32,000 nucleotides of DNA from NCBI RefSeq assembly GCF_003231495.1, contig NZ_PQWO01000016.1:30001-62000 (forward strand). Reading direction: 5' to 3'. The notes under the pieces were generated by a model that saw nothing but the letters and a program-made list of their open reading frames with translations, had not been told where the DNA came from and did no database searches. Made by a program: the position numbers and the translations under genes. Numbering within the stretch: position 1 is the first letter of the stretch; the number at the start of each line of letters is the position of its first letter. Below, piece after piece: positions 28,446 to 32,000 of this stretch. The stretch is from Acaryochloris thomasi RCC1774. Lineage in GTDB: Bacteria > Cyanobacteriota > Cyanobacteriia > Thermosynechococcales > Thermosynechococcaceae.

Positions 28446-30290
28446 ATGCTACTGAAGCGCCGCAGCCTCATTGCGACAGGTTTAGGACTGGTTCTAGTAG
28501 CCTCCAATGGTGGGCAAATCCGAAGTCAGCCATCTGCAGAGGAGGCGCCGGATCTATTCCTCAGTCCAGAGCAGCCCCCTGACGCGGACCCATCACGCAA
28601 TCCGCCTCCCGTCCAACCAGAGGAAAAACAACCCAATGATTCATTCCTCAATCCTCAGCCATCAACCGATGCAACCGACGCGCCAATTGAAACCGCGAAC
28701 CCATTACTGAGAATCAATCCAACCCCAGACCAGCTGCAGCTCCCATCGAAAGCGGATAGTGTTGAGATTGATTTAAATCAGCCGATCACATTAGAGCAGG
28801 CACAGGAACTCGCACAGCGAAACAACCTGGACTTGCGTGTTGCTGAACTTCAACTGCAGCAGAGCCAAGAGGCTTTAAAGCTAGCCAAAGCAGCGAACTT
28901 GCCCACCGTCTTTGCTCAGGGTGATGTTTCTCGGACAGATTCGTCTGTGTTTGCCCTCACCCCAAGGCCCATCGGTGTTGATATTGTCGCCCAGAATGAA
29001 GTCATTTTCAGAACCTTGGGACTATTCGCAGAGCAGCAAGCGTTGAGTCTACAAGCTCTCTCGCTGGATATTGCTGATTTACAGGCTCGTCTCCAGCAGG
29101 GACCTGATCAGCAGCAGCAAATTACGTTTGATCAACAATTGGCGGCTCTGCAGATCAGTGCTGACACCGCTGCGACGCCACCTGCCCCGCTTAGTGTTGC
29201 AGCCCTAAGCCCCCTCACATCCTTTGCCAGTTCAGGTCAAGGACTTGCGAGCAATTTAATAACCAACAGTCTAAACGGCACCTTAGGACTGACATACGAT
29301 GTCTTCACATCAGGTGGCCGTCGTGCGATTATCCGAACCGCCCGCGCCCAGTTGCGCATATCAGAGCTAGCCGTGCGGGTTGAGCTAGAACAGCTTCGCC
29401 TTGATGTTGCAAATGACTACTATAATCTTCAGGACGCATCGGCCTTAACAGACGTTGCTCGCGCCTCAGTAAACAACGCAACGAAGAGCCTCGAAGATTC
29501 CCAAGCTCTACAAAGAGCAGGACTGGGAACCTTGTTTGATGTTTTGCAAGCCGGAGTCACCTTAGCCGATGCCCAACAGGACTTGACTCAGGGTGAAACA
29601 ACTCAGCGCATCGCCCAGCGTCAGTTGGCGCAGCGACTTAATGTTTCAGAGGTTGCAACTCTCGCCGCTGCTGATCCGGTTGAAGCGGCTGGCCAGTGGT
29701 CATTAAATTTACCTAAGAGTATTAAACTAGCGCTCCAAAACCGCCCCGAACTCGCTCAACTACTACAGGAGCGAGAGGTTGCCAAACAGCAGCGAAAAGT
29801 TGCTCTAGCAACCATTCGACCTCAGGTCCAGGCTTTCGCAAATTTGGATGCGACAGAGCAACTGGAGGACGATCTGTCGGGGACCTTTGGCTACTCGTTG
29901 GGAGCACAGGTCACTTGGAATTTCTTTGACGGTGGCTCTGCTAGAGCCCAAGCGACTCAGGAAGACGAAAATATTGCCATTGCTGAGACGCAATTTTCAG
30001 ATACCAAGAACATCTTGCGTTTTGAGGTCGAGCAGGCTTACAGCAGCCTGCAGTCAAACTTCAAAAATATTTCAACCGCATCCAATACTGTTAATCAAGC
30101 CGAAGAAGGCTTGCGTTTGGCGCGCCTCCGATTCCAGGCAGGTATTGGCACTCAACTCGAAATCACCACTGCAGAATCAGATTTAACGCAGGCTAGGGGG
30201 AACTTAGTGGGGGCAATTCTAGATTACAATCGCGCATTAGCTGCCATACAGCGTGCCACCAGCTATCAGCAAGCCTTAGAACCCTTTTAA
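28446..30290 (+). CDS. TolC family outer-membrane efflux protein
   Basis: ATG 28446 gives the signal-like MLLKRRSLIATGLGLVLVASNG; the track start at 28422 is TTG. Two OEP repeats (LEQAQELAQRNNLDLRVAELQ..., LALQNRPELAQLLQEREVAKQQ...) and the C-terminal YNRALAAIQRATS. There is a Pro/Gln-rich N-terminal linker. Confidence 0.85.
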   Translation: MLLKRRSLIATGLGLVLVASNGGQIRSQPSAEEAPDLFLSPEQPPDADPSRNPPPVQPEEKQPNDSFLNPQPSTDATDAPIETANPLLRINPTPDQLQLPSKADSVEIDLNQPITLEQAQELAQRNNLDLRVAELQLQQSQEALKLAKAANLPTVFAQGDVSRTDSSVFALTPRPIGVDIVAQNEVIFRTLGLFAEQQALSLQALSLDIADLQARLQQGPDQQQQITFDQQLAALQISADTAATPPAPLSVAALSPLTSFASSGQGLASNLITNSLNGTLGLTYDVFTSGGRRAIIRTARAQLRISELAVRVELEQLRLDVANDYYNLQDASALTDVARASVNNATKSLEDSQALQRAGLGTLFDVLQAGVTLADAQQDLTQGETTQRIAQRQLAQRLNVSEVATLAAADPVEAAGQWSLNLPKSIKLALQNRPELAQLLQEREVAKQQRKVALATIRPQVQAFANLDATEQLEDDLSGTFGYSLGAQVTWNFFDGGSARAQATQEDENIAIAETQFSDTKNILRFEVEQAYSSLQSNFKNISTASNTVNQAEEGLRLARLRFQAGIGTQLEITTAESDLTQARGNLVGAILDYNRALAAIQRATSYQQALEPF

Positions 30291-30512
30291 CTCTTTTCTG
30301 TCAGCGAATATTAATATCTGCTTACAAAGCGAACAGTGTTGTGTCTTCTAGCATGAGGGACCGCAGATTTAGATAAAGCTTAACGCTGATTTGTTAAGAG
30401 ACGTGGCAAACTTGCGAACTAAAGTCACGTCATCTTACAGACTCTAAAAATTGCGTATTTGGGCCCTCCAGGCCCATAAGATGGCACCGTTGGCTCATCT
30501 CGGTTATGCACC

Positions 30513-30653
30513 ATGAATAGAAATATTGAGTTTAAGAACCTACAAATGTGGTTCGCAGGCATTTGTTTTGTTCTAGTCAGCGCCTATCTCTTGACCGCCG
30601 TTTCTGTCTTCGCATTCCGACTCCTCTCGCATTCCATCGCACTTTACTACTAA
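30513..30653 (+). CDS. candidate small membrane protein (46 aa), not in ORF track
   Basis: ATG-initiated ORF MNRNIEFKNLQMWFAGICFVLVSAYLLTAVSVFAFRLLSHSIALYY* with one predicted TM helix. It ends 28 nt before a strong intrinsic terminator. No clear Shine-Dalgarno sequence. Confidence 0.3.
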   Translation: MNRNIEFKNLQMWFAGICFVLVSAYLLTAVSVFAFRLLSHSIALYY

Positions 30654-30680
30654 CGCTTTCTGTTCTTCAAAGTGAACAAC

Positions 30681-30716
30681 AAAGAGGCTGTTGGGTTGAT
30701 ATCCAACAGCCTTTTT
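30681..30716. terminator. bidirectional Rho-independent terminator
   Basis: aaag-AGGCTGTTGG-gttgatat-CCAACAGCCT-ttttt is a perfect 10-bp stem (30685-30694 / 30703-30712) flanked by an A-tract and a T-tract. It lies 23 nt downstream of the minus-strand MAPEG stop and downstream of the plus-strand small ORF. Confidence 0.75.
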
Positions 30717-30738
30717 ACGCGTTAGCTCCTACCTTCAT

Positions 30739-31146
30739 TCAATTGAAAAGCTGCCACAGGATCACAAACAGAGACAGCAGAGAACCAACAAACGCTAGCG
30801 ATCGCAACAGCGGCACTCCCAGAACGTAAGCGAACCCATGCAGAATTCTCAAGGCAACAATACCGACGGCAGCTCCATTGATGATGGGGTTGGCCTGCTC
30901 TGTAATCTGCACAATCAGCAAAACAACGAGAATCATGGGTAAATTTTCAAAGTGATTCTTCCGAGCCCGTTCTGCTCGTTCAGCCCAAGGTGGAATGTCT
31001 GGCATCGTTTCTCGATTACTCAGTCCCCATTCCACGCCGCCAACCGCGAATCGGGCAATCGTGGGCATGTAGTTTAGCGGTAGAGACCAGAGCGATAAAA
31101 TTAGGGCGCAGATTAAAACAGTCGTCATATCGGGTAGGCCAGTCAT
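30739..31146 (-). CDS. MAPEG family membrane protein
   Basis: ATG start, 135 aa, four hydrophobic segments, and an RARKNHFENLP motif typical of MAPEG. Confidence 0.6.
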   Translation of the reverse strand: MTGLPDMTTVLICALILSLWSLPLNYMPTIARFAVGGVEWGLSNRETMPDIPPWAERAERARKNHFENLPMILVVLLIVQITEQANPIINGAAVGIVALRILHGFAYVLGVPLLRSLAFVGSLLSLFVILWQLFN

Positions 31147-31185
31147 TACAGCCTTAATCCTACCTGGGTATCGGTGAAGCCCAGC

Positions 31186-32000
31186 CTACCGTGTTTGAAA
31201 GATATTTTGAACCATTGCTTTATCCACTGAAGCGGCGGCCTGATCCAGTTCTGCGATCGCATCTGCCTCTAGACGCCAGCCCAAAGCTCCTATATTCTGC
31301 TGCGCCTGCTCCAGGGTCTTAGCACCAGGGATAGGAATAGTGCCCTTCGCAATACACCAGTTAAGCGCCACTTGGGCCATCGTTTTCTTCTTCGCACTGG
31401 CAACGGCTCGCAGGGTCTGCAGCAGGGGCTTCGCACCTGGCACAAGCTGCCGAAAAAGCTGCCCTCGCAATCCTTTTGGGAACGGTCCCTGCTCTGAATA
31501 TTTTCCGGTTAAAATACCCAGGGCCAAGGGACTATAGGCGATGAGCTGAATCCCAAACTCATCGCAGACCTCTTTCACAGCCAAGGTCGTCACGGGATAG
31601 GTTGACAGCAGAGAATACTGAACCTGCATCGTCGCAATGGGAACCCCTCGCTCCGCAAATTTACGCTGAACCCGCTTAAGGCTCTCAGGACCATAGTTTG
31701 AAAGACCCACTCCCTTGACAAAACCCTGCTCATAAAGATCCGCTAAGCCATCCAACAGAGGGCCTTCTTGCCAAGGCGCATAGTTAGCGGGAGACCAGTG
31801 CATTTGCACCAAATCAACTGGCCGACCTAAACGTCTGGCTGAGGCGTTGCCTGCAGCCACCATCGAACGGCGACTCAAACGCCAGGGATAAGCAGCAAGC
31901 TTTGTTGCAATACAGACCTGATCTCGATTGGGGCCTTTATAGGCTTGAGCGAAGCGCCCTAACAACTGCTCACTGCGACCATTTAGCCGCCCCGTACCGT
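31186..32000 (-). CDS. aldo/keto reductase, N-terminus beyond window edge
   Basis: GVGLSNYGPESL, IQLIAYSPLALGILTGKY and IPIPGAKTLEQAQQNIGA. The frame stays open up to nt 31998 (GTGRLNGRSEQLLG...), so the true start lies outside the window. Confidence 0.85.
   Translation of the reverse strand, partial: GTGRLNGRSEQLLGRFAQAYKGPNRDQVCIATKLAAYPWRLSRRSMVAAGNASARRLGRPVDLVQMHWSPANYAPWQEGPLLDGLADLYEQGFVKGVGLSNYGPESLKRVQRKFAERGVPIATMQVQYSLLSTYPVTTLAVKEVCDEFGIQLIAYSPLALGILTGKYSEQGPFPKGLRGQLFRQLVPGAKPLLQTLRAVASAKKKTMAQVALNWCIAKGTIPIPGAKTLEQAQQNIGALGWRLEADAIAELDQAAASVDKAMVQNIFQTR

Larger units (their letters stand above)
2846..31260. repeat. HIP1 (highly iterated palindrome GCGATCGC), 21 dispersed copies
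   Basis: Exact octamers start at 2846, 4159, 4309, 6439, 9228, 9924, 11226, 11404, 12916, 13369, 14683, 15514, 15841, 16006, 19388, 21021, 22125, 22551, 27191, 30798 and 31253. One copy per about 1.5 kb is far above random expectation and is a cyanobacterial genome signature. Confidence 0.9.

Noticed and set aside
30548-30829. 93-aa plus-strand ORF in the TolC-MAPEG gap
   Set aside because: It has a GTG start, reads straight through the strong terminator hairpin at 30685-30712 and overlaps the MAPEG gene on the opposite strand. The 46-codon ORF in another frame is the more plausible coding element here.
1-32000. Search by eye for CRISPR arrays, tRNA or rRNA genes, IS transposases, integrases and prophage genes
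   Set aside because: No regularly spaced direct repeats, cloverleaf-like segments, rRNA-like conserved blocks or transposase or integrase motifs were seen in any of the listed ORFs. Absence cannot be proven without tRNAscan, Infernal or ISfinder runs.

Overview
This 32 kb window looks like a cyanobacterial chromosomal segment. The evidence is 21 copies of the HIP1 palindrome GCGATCGC, a bona fide ndhK, and three Uma2/DUF820 nucleases. Hand-counted 60-nt samples give about 53% G+C in coding DNA and 37-40% in two AT-rich patches. I can support 25 protein-coding genes, one of them a frameshifted pseudogene. I recognised no rRNA, tRNA, CRISPR array, transposase or integrase. Most genes are ordinary: sugar-acid kinase, pdxH, ndhK, a P450, a P-type cation ATPase divergent from a Kef-type antiporter, TVP38, a cell-wall amidase, UPF0182, TolC, MAPEG and an aldo/keto reductase. 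Four regions look accessory or unexplained. (1) A co-directional minus-strand run at 7.9-12.2 kb holds Uma2, a DUF4279-like protein, an MNT/HepT toxin-antitoxin pair whose toxin is broken by a 1-nt homopolymer frameshift, an AT-rich gene for a small single-pass membrane protein, and a HerA-like (HAS-barrel/DUF87) ATPase with no NurA partner. (2) At 18.6-24.1 kb a methyltransferase, sulfotransferase and class-III aminotransferase are transcribed divergently from a YojI/SyrD-type cyclic-peptide ABC exporter, with no core synthase in view and a perfect palindrome in the shared promoter region. (3) A 725-bp AT-rich noncoding island at 16.9-17.6 kb contains long-range inverted repeats. (4) An unannotated 46-codon hydrophobic ORF is followed by a strong bidirectional terminator at 30.5-30.7 kb. 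I cannot demonstrate a new biological system from sequence alone. The best candidate is the orphan HerA-like ATPase plus the small membrane protein, and it remains a hypothesis.
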